A DNA stretch of 64,000 nt. It comes from Zancudomyces culisetae HAW-14-8 (lineage: Eukaryota > Fungi > Kickxellomycota). The notes below the pieces were generated by a model. The model made no database searches and was not told where the DNA came from. It was given only the letters and a program-made list of their open reading frames with translations. A program made the position numbers and the translations under genes. The DNA is taken from contig JBNJNM010000023.1 in the NCBI GenBank assembly GCA_052426225.1, positions 1 to 64,000 of the forward strand. Reading direction: 5' to 3'. This document shows, piece after piece, positions 1-12,412 of the stretch (position 1 is the first letter of the stretch; every line of letters starts with the position of its first letter).

Positions 1-1260
1 TCCTAACCCTAACCCTAACCCTAACCCTAACCCTAACCCTAACCCTAACCCTAACCCTAACCCTAACCCTAACCCTAACCCTAACCCTAACCCTAACCCT
101 AACCCTAACCCTAACCCTAACCCTAACCCTAACCCTAACCCTAACCCTAACCCTAACCCTAACCCTAACCCTAACCCTAACCCTAACCCTAACCCTAACC
201 CTAACCCTAACCCTAACCCTAACCCTAACCCTAACCCTAACCCTAACCCTAACCCTAACCCTAACCCTAACCCTAACCCTAACCCTAACCCTAACCCTAA
301 CCCTAACCCTAACCCTAACCCTAACCCTAACCCTAACCCTAACCCTAACCCTAACCCTAACCCTAACCCTAACCCTAACCCTAACCCTAACCCTAACCCT
401 AACCCTAACCCTAACCCTAACCCTAACCCTAACCCTAACCCTAACCCTAACCCTAACCCTAACCCTAACCCTAACCCTAACCCTAACCCTAACCCTAACC
501 CTAACCCTAACCCTAACCCTAACCCTAACCCTAACCCTAACCCTAACCCTAACCCTAACCCTAACCCTAACCCTAACCCTAACCCTAACCCTAACCCTAA
601 CCCTAACCCTAACCCTAACCCTAACCCTAACCCTAACCCTAACCCTAACCCTAACCCTAACCCTAACCCTAACCCTAACCCTAACCCTAACCCTAACCCT
701 AACCCTAACCCTAACCCTAACCCTAACCCTAACCCTAACCCTAACCCTAACCCTAACCCTAACCCTAACCCTAACCCTAACCCTAACCCTAACCCTAACC
801 CTAACCCTAACCCTAACCCTAACCCTAACCCTAACCCTAACCCTAACCCTAACCCTAACCCTAACCCTAACCCTAACCCTAACCCTAACCCTAACCCTAA
901 CCCTAACCCTAACCCTAACCCTAACCCTAACCCTAACCCTAACCCTAACCCTAACCCTAACCCTAACCCTAACCCTAACCCTAACCCTAACCCTAACCCT
1001 AACCCTAACCCTAACCCTAACCCTAACCCTAACCCTAACCCTAACCCTAACCCTAACCCTAACCCTAACCCTAACCCTAACCCTAACCCTAACCCTAACC
1101 CTAACCCTAACCCTAACCCTAACCCTAACCCTAACCCTAACCCTAACCCTAACCCTAACCCTAACCCTAACCCTAACCCTAACCCTAACCCTAACCCTAA
1201 CCCTAACCCTAACCCTAACCCTAACCCTAACCCTAACCCTAACCCTATCCCTAACCCTAA
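1..1260 (+). repeat. Telomeric tract (CCCTAA)n, about 210 hexamers (TTAGGG-type telomere, left chromosome end)
   Basis: Continuous CCCTAA array from base 1; first CCCTAT variant at 1243-1248. Confidence 0.99.
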
Positions 1261-1398
1261 CCCTATCCCTATCCCTATCCCTATCCCTATCCCTATCCCT
1301 ATCCCTAACCCTATCCCTATCCCTGTCCCTATCCCTATCCTGTTCCATATTCATATCCCATTCCCTTTTCCTATCTCTATCGCTAACCCTATCCCGAA
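1261..1398 (+). repeat. Degenerate telomere-variant repeats (CCCTAT, CCCTGT, then decaying hexamers)
   Basis: 7x CCCTAT at 1261-1302, then in-register hexamers cctgtt/ccatat/tcatat/cccatt/cccttt/tcctat/ctctat/cgctaa/ccctat/cccgaa. Confidence 0.9.
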
Positions 1399-1638
1399 AT
1401 CAATCGTATCTGCATGAAAACTAACATAATCGCTTCTAATGTCTGCAAAGTTATCAACCTGAATGAGATAATTTCTCAAAGAATCTGAACTTGATAATAT
1501 TAAGATAAGTCCTAACACGCTTAAATTCATTGCAGTTAAAAACAGTAACGCTCTTGGAACTCAAAAGCTAGCTAAAATCATTGAAGCTCACTGTTTTACG
1601 ATAATATATAAAGCCACCAATGAAAAAATCCAACTGAT

Positions 1639-1969
1639 TGTCATAAACTAATATTAAACAGTTTCAATTTAAATCAACAAACATTATCAAACATGATTTG
1701 GATGAATCAGAAATATGATTTTAAACATATTTAATATTGAAACTAGCACAAACACAACTTTACTTTAAATAGTTCATTAATTTTAACTACTTTCTATTTA
1801 TGCAACATAACAGTATAAAATATTAAATTTATATAATACAAACAAAAAGTTTTAATAGCATTCTTTATTCCTTCAGAAAAACTTATACACAACAAGTGTC
1901 AACAATAAATATATTTTATGAAGTACTTAATAATCACTAAATTACACCAAAATATATAAGTTCATGACA
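1639..1969 (+). repeat. 5' LTR of Ty3/gypsy element 1
   Basis: Direct repeat of 7255-7586; TG..CA ends. Confidence 0.95.
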
Positions 1970-2004
1970 GTTTGTCAGATCAATATATATTAACTACTAC
2001 TATC

Positions 2005-3356
2005 ATGTCAGAAAATAATTACGAAGATCTTAATGCACTAGTAACAATGACTGTAAGTCTTTTTAATGAATTACATAGGATATCTACTGTCACGACTTGA
2101 CAATGAGTACTATATGTATCATTATGACAATGATTTATTAAATAAAATCACAAGAGATGAATAGTATTTTATTGCTAAAGATTCCTAAAGCAATATATTT
2201 TTGTAATTATATAGTTTTACAATATACAAAAATAATTGTAAAACATAATAAAATCTACACTTAAGCTATAACTTAAAACTAAATAATATTATTTGTCAAC
2301 TCCACAGTTACATTTAATAGTATGGGGTAAAACCAAATTATAAAAAATTATTTATTCAAACTTATAAAATATAATATTGGAGTAAGAATTAAAGCGATGA
2401 TAAATTAAATAAATTTAACATTTGCTATTTTAAATAACATATTAAAAATAGCAATAATGTCATGAATGGATCATGACAGCAACCCAACTAGACGATCTTC
2501 AGCTCCGCACAAATATGTTAAGAAATAATCAAGCAAACGTGTTACCAGTGGCTAGTGAACCAAATGTAGCAGATCCTGAATACTTTAGTGGCAATAGAGA
2601 CCAACTAAGAAACTTTATAGCACAATTCCAACTAGTCATACAAGCTCAACCCTCAAGATTTTCAACAGAAACTCAGAAAGTCATTTTTGCTTCTACTTTC
2701 CTTCGTGGTCCTGCTATCTCGTGGTTACAACCGTGTCTAGTATCTAATGATCATGAACCAATTCTGGAAAATTTTGACATTTTCATAAACAAACTTCATC
2801 GTGTTTTCGGAAATCCACACCAATCTTCAACAGCTGAACGTCAACTCAGAAAACTTCGCCAGTTGGGATCCGCAGCCACCTATGCTACTGTATTTTGTCG
2901 TATTTCGACACTTATGTCCTGGCATGACGCAGCACTCATTAGCCAATTTTTTGAAGGTTTAAAGAAATAATTAAGAATTTATTAGCATGTTTTGATAGAC
3001 CAGACATATGTTCAGAAATTTTTGACCTCGCTATAATAATTGACTACAGACTATTTGAAAGATATCGTGAAATAATGTTACGCCCTCGCCCAATGGATAT
3101 TCTAAATTTGGATTACTCTACACCATCAAGATACAATTTAATAAACATAACACAGCCTCGGGTGCAACAAATGGAAATTGACGGAAATTCATCTCGTCGC
3201 CCACCACTCACTCAGACTGAAACACAACTCTACCGCGACCTTAATCTTTGTCTATACTGTGGTAATCCTGATCATGTCATTTCATCTTGTCCTCGTCGCC
3301 CGCAAATAAAGTTACCTAATACTATATCTGCAAGCATTATTAAGGAAAACAATTAA
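2005..3356 (+). pseudogene. gag pseudogene (Ty3/gypsy), interrupted by a solo LTR
   Basis: ATG 2005 MSENNYEDL..HRIST continues in frame as QLDDLQLR after removing 2088-2478. PEYFSG capsid-like motif; CX2CX4HX4C knuckle (CLYCGNPDHVISSC); premature stop at 2970. Confidence 0.85.
2088..2478. mobile_element. Probable solo LTR inserted in gag of element 1
   Basis: TGTCACGA...TCATGACA termini; degenerate 5-bp TSD TCTAC/GCAAC; its excision restores the gag frame. Confidence 0.7.
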
Positions 3357-3388
3357 GCTCAAGACAATTTTCGGACGTAGTCTTGAGC
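3343..3388 (+). promoter_or_regulatory. Putative -1 ribosomal frameshift signal (gag-pol) of element 1
   Basis: AGGAAAAC just before the gag stop, followed by hairpin GCTCAAGAC(3357-3365)..GTCTTGAGC(3380-3388). Confidence 0.5.
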
Positions 3389-3599
3389 GTATCTAATTAT
3401 ATTAAACCGTCCACTTCAATCAATAATCTTTACCCTTTAAATATTGCCGCTAATGTAACTATCGGAAGTTTATATCAAGCTGAATTAAATCTACTTTTAC
3501 AATATACAATAAAATAAACACTACGGAAATAACCAAACTAACACCAGTAATTAATGTAAAAGATACATTCTACTAATCCAACTATAACTCTGAAAATAA

Positions 3600-3760
3600 A
3601 CATGAAACCAAAACTGAAATCAATCCTGAACTTAATACTGAAATCAATCCTGAACTTAAACCTGAACTTAAACCTGAACTTAAACCTGAACTTAAACCTG
3701 AACTTTACTCATATCCTGAACTTAAGCCTGAACTCAAGCCTGAATCTATACCTGACTGAA
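3600..3760 (+). repeat. 12-bp minisatellite (AAACCTGAACTT; KPEL-like repeats) upstream of the protease
   Basis: Tandem aaacctgaactt units at 3658-3705 with degenerate flanking copies. Confidence 0.85.
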
Positions 3761-3786
3761 ACTTAAAAATTAATCCCACAATCAAT

Positions 3787-6700
3787 ATGAATCTTGACCT
3801 GGAACATTTAACTATGTCAACAAATAAAGTTAACTCTCACCTTATAGTTTCAGTAACCCTTAAGGTAAACAATAACCCGTTAAAAACCGTTGCCATAATT
3901 GATTCGGGCGCAACAAATCGCTTCATTGATTCTACTTTTGCCAATACTAATAACATTCCATTAGTATTAAAAAAATTATTTATTCCGCTACTAGTAATTC
4001 ACGCAAGATTAATTTCTTCAGGCTCCATAACACACAATACAATACCTCTTCAACTTAACACCTATATTCATCACGAAACTATATCCTTTGATGTAACCAA
4101 ACGTGGAAAATACCCTGTAATTATTGGAATAAACTGGCTGAGAACCCATAATCCACACATAGAGTGGAATTTAGATAAGTTGTATTTCATGTCTGAATAT
4201 TGCCAAAATAATTGTAGTATTCAACAAAACCAATGTTATACACTCACAATAACTTGCACATGAATTCCAGAATAATCAGAAATAACTCCTATACCATCGG
4301 AATATTCAGAATTAAAGATGTATTCGACGAAAAAGCAGCTAATAATATACCACCTCATCGTACATATGATCATAAAATTCCGTTAACACCAGGCTCACAA
4401 CCACCATTGGGACCAATATATTCACTATCTGATACAGAACTCGCAGCACTTCGTGAATATTTGAAAGAAAATTTAGAAAAGGTTTTATTCATATTTCATC
4501 ATCTCCAGCTGGCTCTCCTATACTTTTAGTATAAAGAAAGTTGGATATTTAAGATTATGCGTTGATTATGAGGATAAAATAACTTGACAATTAAAACAGG
4601 TATCCCTTACCTTTAATCGGAGAGTTACTCGACAGATACTGACAAGCGAAAATATTTTTTAAAATCGATTTAAGAGGCGCTAATAATTTAATATGAATAG
4701 CTAAGAGAGAAGAATGGAATACTGCATTTTGTACGAGTTACGGTCACTATAAATATAGAGTTATGCCATATGGACTCTGCAATGCTCCAGCATCGTTTCA
4801 ATATTTCATGAATGATGTATTATCTGACCGCTTATATAGATTTGCAGTAGTATATATATATTATATACTGGTTTATAGTACAATATACGAAGACCATATT
4901 AAGCATGTAAAAGATATATTAAGAAGACTCCAGAATAATTCACTTTATGCTAAACTGGAAAAAGGTCGATTTCACAAAACAAAAGTCGAATTCTTGGGAT
5001 ATATTGTTTCCGATAAAGGGGTAAGTATGGATATTCAAAGACAATAGCTGTAAGTACATGGCCTGCACCAACCTCAATTAATGAAATTCAAACGTTCCTT
5101 GGTTTTGCAAATTTCTATAGAAAATTTATAATGAATTTTTCAAAGATTGTGACACCTATAACAAAATTGTTACGAAAAAATGAAAAATGGAACTGGAGCA
5201 CTGAAGCACAAAACTCTTTCGATCAATTGAAAAAAGCATTTACAACTGCACCTATTTTAAAATATTTTGATCCGAATAAATCAATTACTATCGAAACTGA
5301 TGCATCAGACATCGCAATTCAAGGAGTTATATCACAACGCGACGATAATAACAATTTACATCCTATAGCATATTATTCCAGAAAGTTACAACCTGCTGAA
5401 ATCAACTACAAAATTTACAATAAAGAAAAGTTAGCCATAATTGAGGCTTTTAAAGAATGGAGATCATACCTTGAAGGAGCATTACATCAAATTACGGTTT
5501 TAACAGACCATATAAATCTAGAATATTTTACTACCACTAAAACTTTGAATAGGCGTCAAGCACGATGGGCAGAATTATTAGGAAATTAAAATTTCATTAT
5601 TAATACGCAACTGGTTCATCTAACGGGAAACCCAATGCTTTGTCCTGACGCCCGGATCATTTTCATAAGGAGGGTTATGACGCTCTACGTAATAAGTAAG
5701 GTTTGCTATAGCCAGAACAGTTGATAATTGCAGCAGTAGAGCCAATGGTTGCTAATAATTTTGATAAAACTATATTAAATAGTAGCTACAAAAAAGATAT
5801 TAAGTTAATTCCATTAATTCTAAATTGAAACATATTAACAATTCATCTAACTCTGAATATCCAAACCTAAAGGATTATAAATACGACAATGAAATACTTA
5901 CTTTTAAAGGTAAAACATACATTCCAGATAACATTGAAATCAAACTACTACTACTCAACCAATTTCACGATTCGCTTATTGCTGGACACTTCGGACATTC
6001 TAAAACCTTTGAACTGATTTCAAGATACTATTATTGGCCATAAATGAGAAAAATGATTAAAAATTATATTAACTCATGCGATCAATGTTGCAGATGTAAA
6101 CCGATAAGACTCAAACCATATGGTCAACTACAACCTTTACAGATTCCAGATAAACCGTGGGAATCAATTTCTATGGATTTTATTGTTGGGTTACCATTGT
6201 CACAAACTTACGATTCAGTATTGGTTATTGTAGATAGACTAACAAAAATGGCGCATTTTATTCCAACAAATAACAATATCAACGCACAACAAACAGCAAA
6301 ACTATTTATCAATAACATATTTAAACTTCACGGACTGCCAAAAGATATCGTCTCTGATAGAGGTTCTATCTTCACTTATAAATTTTGGAATACTATTACC
6401 AAAGTATTAAATATGCAATTAAATATGTCAACAGCATACCATCCACAAACGGATGGTCAAACGGAACGAGTAAACCAAGTTTTAGAACAGTATATCAGAA
6501 TTTATTGTAACAACAACCAAACAAACTGGCATGATTTATTAGCACTCGCAGAATTTGCATATAATAACTCAAAACACTCAACTACAAAATTTTCACCATT
6601 CTACGCTAATACTGGATATCATCCTTCAATATTTCGATCAAATATTTTGACTTCATCCAGTAACTCGCCCATAATCACAGATTCAACTCAGAAAAAGTCA

Positions 6701-7242
6701 CAAGTTACAAGGAACTTATAAAAAATATTAAAAATGCAAATGAAAGATATGCTAAAGCATATAATAAAAACAGACAAACAGAACCCGAGTTTAATATAGA
6801 TTCAAAAGTGTGGTTAAATAGAAAATATATTAAAACTAACAGACCAAATAACAAACTAGATTATACTAAATTAGGTCCATTCACAATAGTTATAAAATTA
6901 AGCAAAGTAGCATACGAACTTCAACTTCCTACGACTATGAAAGTACATCCTGTCTTTCACGTTTCCCTTCTATAACCAGTAACTAACAACACTATTGAAG
7001 GCCGAATTCAGGAAGCTCCATTACCGGTACTAGTTGATAGAATATCAGAATACGAAGTCGAGCAAATATTAGACAGTTGTATTAAATATAATAAACTACA
7101 ATATCTAGTGGACTGGAAAGGGTACGACGCAAGCGAAAGAACTTGGGAACCAGCCGAACATCTAACAAATATAAAAGAACTTATGGAAAAGTACCATAAT
7201 GAAAACCCGAATAAACCAATCTCGCTCAGAGATCGACACTAA
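3787..7242 (+). pseudogene. pol pseudogene (PR-RT-RNaseH-integrase-chromodomain)
   Basis: Fragmented ORFs contain IDSGAT, MPYGLCNAPASFQ, a lost YxDD (YIYY), ETDASD, SMDFI..SDRGS..PQTDGQTERVN, and chromodomain YEVEQILD..YLVDWKGY..TWEP (~7050-7155). Confidence 0.92.
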
Positions 7243-7254
7243 GAGCGTGAATAC

Positions 7255-7586
7255 TGTCATAAACTAATATTAAACAGTTTCAATTTAAATCAACAAAAAA
7301 TATCAAAAATGATTTGGATGAATCAGAAATATGATTTTAAACATGTTTAATATTGAAACTAGCACAAAACACAATTTTACTTTTATAGTTCATTAATTTT
7401 AACTACTATCTATTTATGCAACATTTTAGTATTTAATATTAAATTTATAGATTACAAACAAAAAGTTCAAATAGCATTCTATATTCCTTCAAAAATACTT
7501 TTCTGACAACAAGTGTCAACAATAAATAAAATTATAGTAGTACTTAATAATCACCAAATTACACCAAAATATACAAGTTCATGACA
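7255..7586 (+). repeat. 3' LTR of Ty3/gypsy element 1
   Basis: Direct repeat of 1639-1969; preceded by a decayed purine tract and followed by TSD CTGAT. Confidence 0.95.
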
Positions 7587-9195
7587 CTGATAAACAAAAA
7601 AAGTAGAGAACTCTATACAAACTTCAATTTAGATTTAAAATCATTGCTTCTATTACTTCACTTGCTGATACAATTACAAAATTTGAAGCTGACCTCCTCA
7701 ATATCTTTTATATTTAACTTCAAATTTTTAAGATTAATTTTAACTCAAGAAAACTAAAAAAATCATATAATTGCTGAAGCTAAGAAGGCTATTAAGCGAC
7801 AAGAACTAGAACAAAACTCGAAGACCGTAGATACACAAGCTAGTTTAAATGGACAAAGATATGTAAATTATGGCAACAAATTGCGTCGAAACCATCAACC
7901 AATATAACCAAAATATCTAAAATATACCTCAGCAAGAAAAAACACCAAAGGATAGCTAATAAACTACAAATCCAACAAAAGACAATTATTAAACAACAAT
8001 ATAAGTATAATCAACAACATAAATCTTTCAAAAGCAAACAAGGTCCAAAGAAGTAACCACAACATAATATTCAAAAAAAAATATAACCCTGTTTTCACTT
8101 CAGACATCAATAACATCAACAATTTCTATGTAACTTTATCAAAATACAACAAAGTCAACTAAAAAACATCTAGATACAGTTACTTTTTTTCATAGCATGA
8201 CTTCCAAATCAGAAAGTAAACTACTTATAATAAACAATTGCTTTAAACACATACCTTAATTACTCAACAATGAAATACATAACATTGACCTTACTTTTTT
8301 AATACCACACATCTTTTATCACATGATTATATACTCCAACAACGTTGATGACAAATTATTAATAAATTATACAGAAATTCTTGAGAAAAAATTATTTTAT
8401 ACAACCACTCCTAAACTCAATGAGAAATCTAAATCTTTATACCTAACGTTATCAATGATATCAACCTTGACGGAATTATTAACATAATAAATTTAATAAT
8501 CACATAGGCCCTATAATCTTGGATACACAAGATTATCACAAACAAGGATTCAAAATATTATACAACATTAACAATATTGTACAATTCGTAATAACTCAGA
8601 TGACATCAATGATCAAGTATTTAATCATACATATAATAATCTAATTAACTACTCACTCCAAATTATTATTCAAAATCAAATAAGCCTACTTCATAAAGAC
8701 AATAATATCCAATTACCGAATTTCGACATAAAATTAATAATCCATAAAACGCCAATTGAGTTTCGACCAATTACATCGCTACAAATTGGCTAACAACGAA
8801 GTTATCTAAAATAATAGCAATATATTAATTGAATAAAATTACCCAGTAATCTAAGAAATTCTTAGAATTGATCAAACAACTTGAAAACAAAGTTATTCCC
8901 AATAACTACTTCATAGGATAACTCGATTTGTAACTTTAATTCAATAGTTCGAATCAAAACTTTGACAGTACTATTCTTAAATTGACCAAATCTCAATAAA
9001 TAACTGATGCCACAAATACCATTTGTGAATCCAACTATCTTATGTATCATAAAAATGTATTTAAATATATTATTGTTATCACAATGGGCACCAATGCAGA
9101 ATAAATGAACTATACTATACCTTCAAATATTGATAATATTTTAAAATATTTTGCCTTCATTAATACTGATATATTAACGATAAATTCTAGAAAAC

Positions 9196-9908
9196 TGTTG
9201 TAAACAATGAGCTGCTTATAACTTTGGACCGTGGATTAGTTATGCTTGATTAATATTTATTAGAAGAAGTATGTATTTAGAGTAATATATTAATAGATGA
9301 GTTAATAAATTAATTTTTATTCCGATGTATACCAACGGAATTTCGAAGGGTTTAATAATTTTTATTAGAGAATTTTACTATGAAGAAAAACTTAATGACA
9401 ATATATTTTAGCTATAAAAATATGATAATGTATAATCTAATTAGATTAGGTATCTACTTATCGTAAACTTATAATTTCATTTTTTGATTTTAACATGTAT
9501 TTAGATTATCGATTATAACATTATATTTGTATATCAATTTACATTGATTTTGTATTAAACTTTAACATTGATTTTGTATATCAATTTTAGCATAGATTTT
9601 ACTTAATGATTTTGGCATAGATTTTATTTATCAATTTAATCATTGATTTTAGATATCCAATTCTCTATGGATTATGTCTATCCAGTTTTACCATGGATTA
9701 TTATAAATTTGATAATTGTAAAATTTCTTGAATTTATTTAGTAAATTTTCTATAAATTAATTCTGATATTTGATGGTGTATTTTGCTAACATGATTTCAA
9801 TGTCGGATAACATTTTTGAAAGCCGGATATGAAATAAAATAATAGGATAAATTTATCATAAGCCAAAATGTTACTATAATTATTACCGGGAATTGACCAT
9901 TCCTAACT
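9196..9908. mobile_element. Solo LTR, family A copy 1 (inserted just after the PLE RT catalytic motif)
   Basis: Homologous along its length to 11406-12233; termini TGTTG..TAACT (decayed); TSD degenerate (AAAAC/GTAAC). Confidence 0.75.
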
Positions 9909-9914
9909 GTAACC

Positions 9915-10054
9915 TGTCACAGAACGAGATTTATTGAATAAACAAGTTGTAATTCTTAGAGAATTACAACGAAGCATAAACGAAATGATTAAATAGAAGA
10001 TAAAATATTAAGATTAATTATGGGTAATAAGAAGTAATATTATTGGCTATAACA
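9915..10054. mobile_element. Short (140 bp) solo-LTR-like insertion
   Basis: TGTCAC..ATAACA termini flanked by a perfect 5-bp TSD TAACC (9910-9914, 10055-10059); the PLE RT frame resumes after it. Confidence 0.7.
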
Positions 10055-11405
10055 TAACCCACAAAGACAATTTATCCAAACTTATACACACCGTCAACAA
10101 CAGCATCCCTGGAATAAATATGACCCTCGCTATGATTTCATCCAATACTGTAGACTTTCTTGATAAAACTGTTTACGTAAATACTGAAATAAATATCAGT
10201 TTCAAAACGTATCAAAAACCTCTTAATCTTTACGGATAAATACCATTTTTTTCGTAACACAGCATTTTTACCAAAAAAGCAGTTATATCTGGTGAATTAA
10301 ACTGATTCTAAGAGAATTCACAGATTATAATGACTTTGTTGGATTTGATAATTATTCAAAGAACGACTACTAGCACGATGATAAACAAAAATTCATAAAT
10401 GACATACTTATTAAAAACACATACGATGTTAGAAAATTATTGCTAAAAACGACCAATAAACCTTTAAAAACATTGTTCCATTAGTAATATTCTACAACAA
10501 ACATTCATACTACCAAATATTACAAATTTCATACTTGAACTCAACATATCTAAAACTGCTCTAAGTTAAAATTTAAGATATATTATTGCTTGAAAAAATC
10601 ACCGAATCTTGGTGATTACCTACTAAAATTTGGGCTAAAAAAAGCTCAAGCCGAATATTTCAAGGATAATTATAGGGCTGATTCAAACCCAGCCCCAATC
10701 CTATCACTATAGATGCTCCAACACAGAAAGTCGGTATTCAAGGTAATTTTCCGATGAATCGGAAGATCTTTAAATCAATCTCACAAACTCTGTATAATAA
10801 TTTTGGAAATTCAAATTACCAACCTAATCACAAATTTACTTTGTATTAAGTTTGATCAACCAAATTTTTATTTTGTTTTTAAAAAATTATATCATTATAT
10901 ACCAACTATGAAAAATTATGCTGATTATACCAAATACCTTAATTAGTGAAAAGAATCATTATCGTTTAGAGAATTAATATCTATTAATATACTTTTCATT
11001 CAATACACAACGATATCAAACTGTTGACTAATTATCTTTATTATGTAACAATTATCTAATAATTGTTTAATACATATAACGCTTTAACATATACTATAAA
11101 TTAAATAAAAATTAACTTTAATAGCATATACGAATTATTATTATATAATTACAAAGAAGTACATTATATGATTATTTAACATTTTTATAACAATAAAAAT
11201 AAAACCATTATAAATAGATACAATACATAACATTTCTATACCAAAAAAGTCGCAAAAATCATGAACATAATATAAATATGCACATATTTAAATATTATAT
11301 TCAATTATATTTACAGGTATCCGTTATGATAAAAAAAAATAATCTACAATCATAATATATTTTACTAAAAAATGTTACACTCAACAAATTAATTAACTCT
11401 ACTTT

Positions 11406-12233
11406 TGTTATAAACAATGAGCTGCTTATAACTTGGCGTAGAGATTTCTTATGCTTGATTAATATTTATTTAGGAAGAAGTAAGTATTTAGAAAAATATA
11501 ATATTTGATGTGTTGATCAATATATATTTTTCTCTCATGTATCCCAACGGAATTTCGAAGGGTTTATATAATTTTTCATCAGAGAATTTTACTGTGAAGA
11601 AAAACTTAAAGTCAATAAATATTAGCTATAAAATTTGTCTATGTAAAAGTGAACTAGTTTAAGGTATCTACTTATCGTGAAATTTGTAATTTTCATTTGT
11701 TGATTTTAACATAGATATGGTTTATCAATTTTAACATTGATTTAGTATATCAATTTTAACAATGATTTTGTATATTGATTTTATCATAGTTTTTGTTTAT
11801 CGATTTTAGCATTGATTTTGTTTATCGATTTTATCATGGTTTTTGTTTATCGATTTTATCATGGTTTTTGTTTATCGATTTTAGCGTTGATTTTGTTTAT
11901 CGATTTTATCATGGTATTTGTTTATCTATTTTATCATGGATTTTGTATATTCCATTATATTATGGTTTTGGATTATCCAATTTTTTCATGGATTTGGTTT
12001 ATCCAATTTTATCAAGGATTATTGTTAAATTAAATTATTGAAAATTTCTTGATTTTGCTTAGTAAATTTTCCCAATAATAATATCAGAAAATTCATGGTG
12101 AATTTTGCAAACATGATTCCAATGTCGGAATGGCATATTAGAAAACCGGAAATGAAATAATAAAATAGGTTAGATTTTTAGTAGGCCAAAATGTAACTAA
12201 AAATTATGTTCCAGGAATTGGCCATTCCTAACA
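11406..12233. mobile_element. Solo LTR, family A copy 2
   Basis: TGTTA..TAACA termini; perfect TSD ACTTT (11401-11405, 12234-12238); internal ~22-bp tandem repeats. Confidence 0.88.
11720..12020. repeat. ~22-bp tandem repeats (TTTGTTTATCGATTTTATCATGG-like) inside solo LTR A2
   Basis: Visible tandem units; fewer copies in A1 (~9510-9700). Confidence 0.85.
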
Positions 12234-12412
12234 ACTTTAGTAAACTTGATTGATTATAATATATTTTTCAAATCATATAATCAGTAATAATAATGCATAA
12301 CACAACTGAGGAGGAACAATAAATTGTTTCAGAAACGATAATGTCAAACCTTATTTCAATTATGCCTTCATAGTTTTATCTTTCTACAACATAGGACTTT
12401 ACAGTCAATATA

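Larger units (their letters stand above)
1639..7586 (+). mobile_element. Decayed full-length Ty3/gypsy chromovirus LTR retrotransposon
   Basis: LTRs 1639-1969 and 7255-7586 (TGTCAT..ATGACA). 5-bp TSD CTGAT at 1634-1638 and 7587-7591. Order is gag, PR (DSGAT), RT, RH, IN, chromodomain. LTRs are visibly diverged. Confidence 0.95.
1399..10712 (+). mobile_element. Decayed telomere-associated Penelope-like retroelement (endonuclease-deficient, Coprina/Athena-like), interrupted by later insertions
   Basis: Removing the 1639-7586 insertion and one CTGAT TSD restores a continuous frame (..YKATNEKIQL|INKKSRELY..). PLE RT motifs follow downstream. The ORF ends at 10712 with no GIY-YIG. The 5' end faces the telomere. 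The 3' UTR may extend to about 12410. Confidence 0.75.
8490..10712 (+). pseudogene. Penelope-like reverse transcriptase pseudogene
   Basis: Manual translation gives NLG (~8515), IHKTPIEFRPI (8740-8772), ITMGTNA (9078-9098), Y*YINDKF (decayed YRYIDDIF, 9164-9187), VDFLD (~10150), KTYQKPLNLYG*IPFFS*H..KKAVISGELN* (10204-10305), ERLLAR** (decayed LARGY, 10361-10384), PLVIFYN, KKSPNLGDYL (~10593-10623). Many stops and frameshifts. Confidence 0.85.

Noticed and set aside
1639-10712. RIP-like hypermutation
   Set aside because: Some CGA>TGA and G>A changes are seen, but many transversions and indels occur too, and the young repeats are unmutated. A dinucleotide-index calculation would be needed.
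11720-12020. CRISPR-like array
   Set aside because: Head-to-tail repeats without unique spacers, in a eukaryotic LTR.
11793-12041. Two hydrophobic ORFs (82 and 73 aa)
   Set aside because: They are by-products of the 22-bp tandem repeats in a solo LTR.
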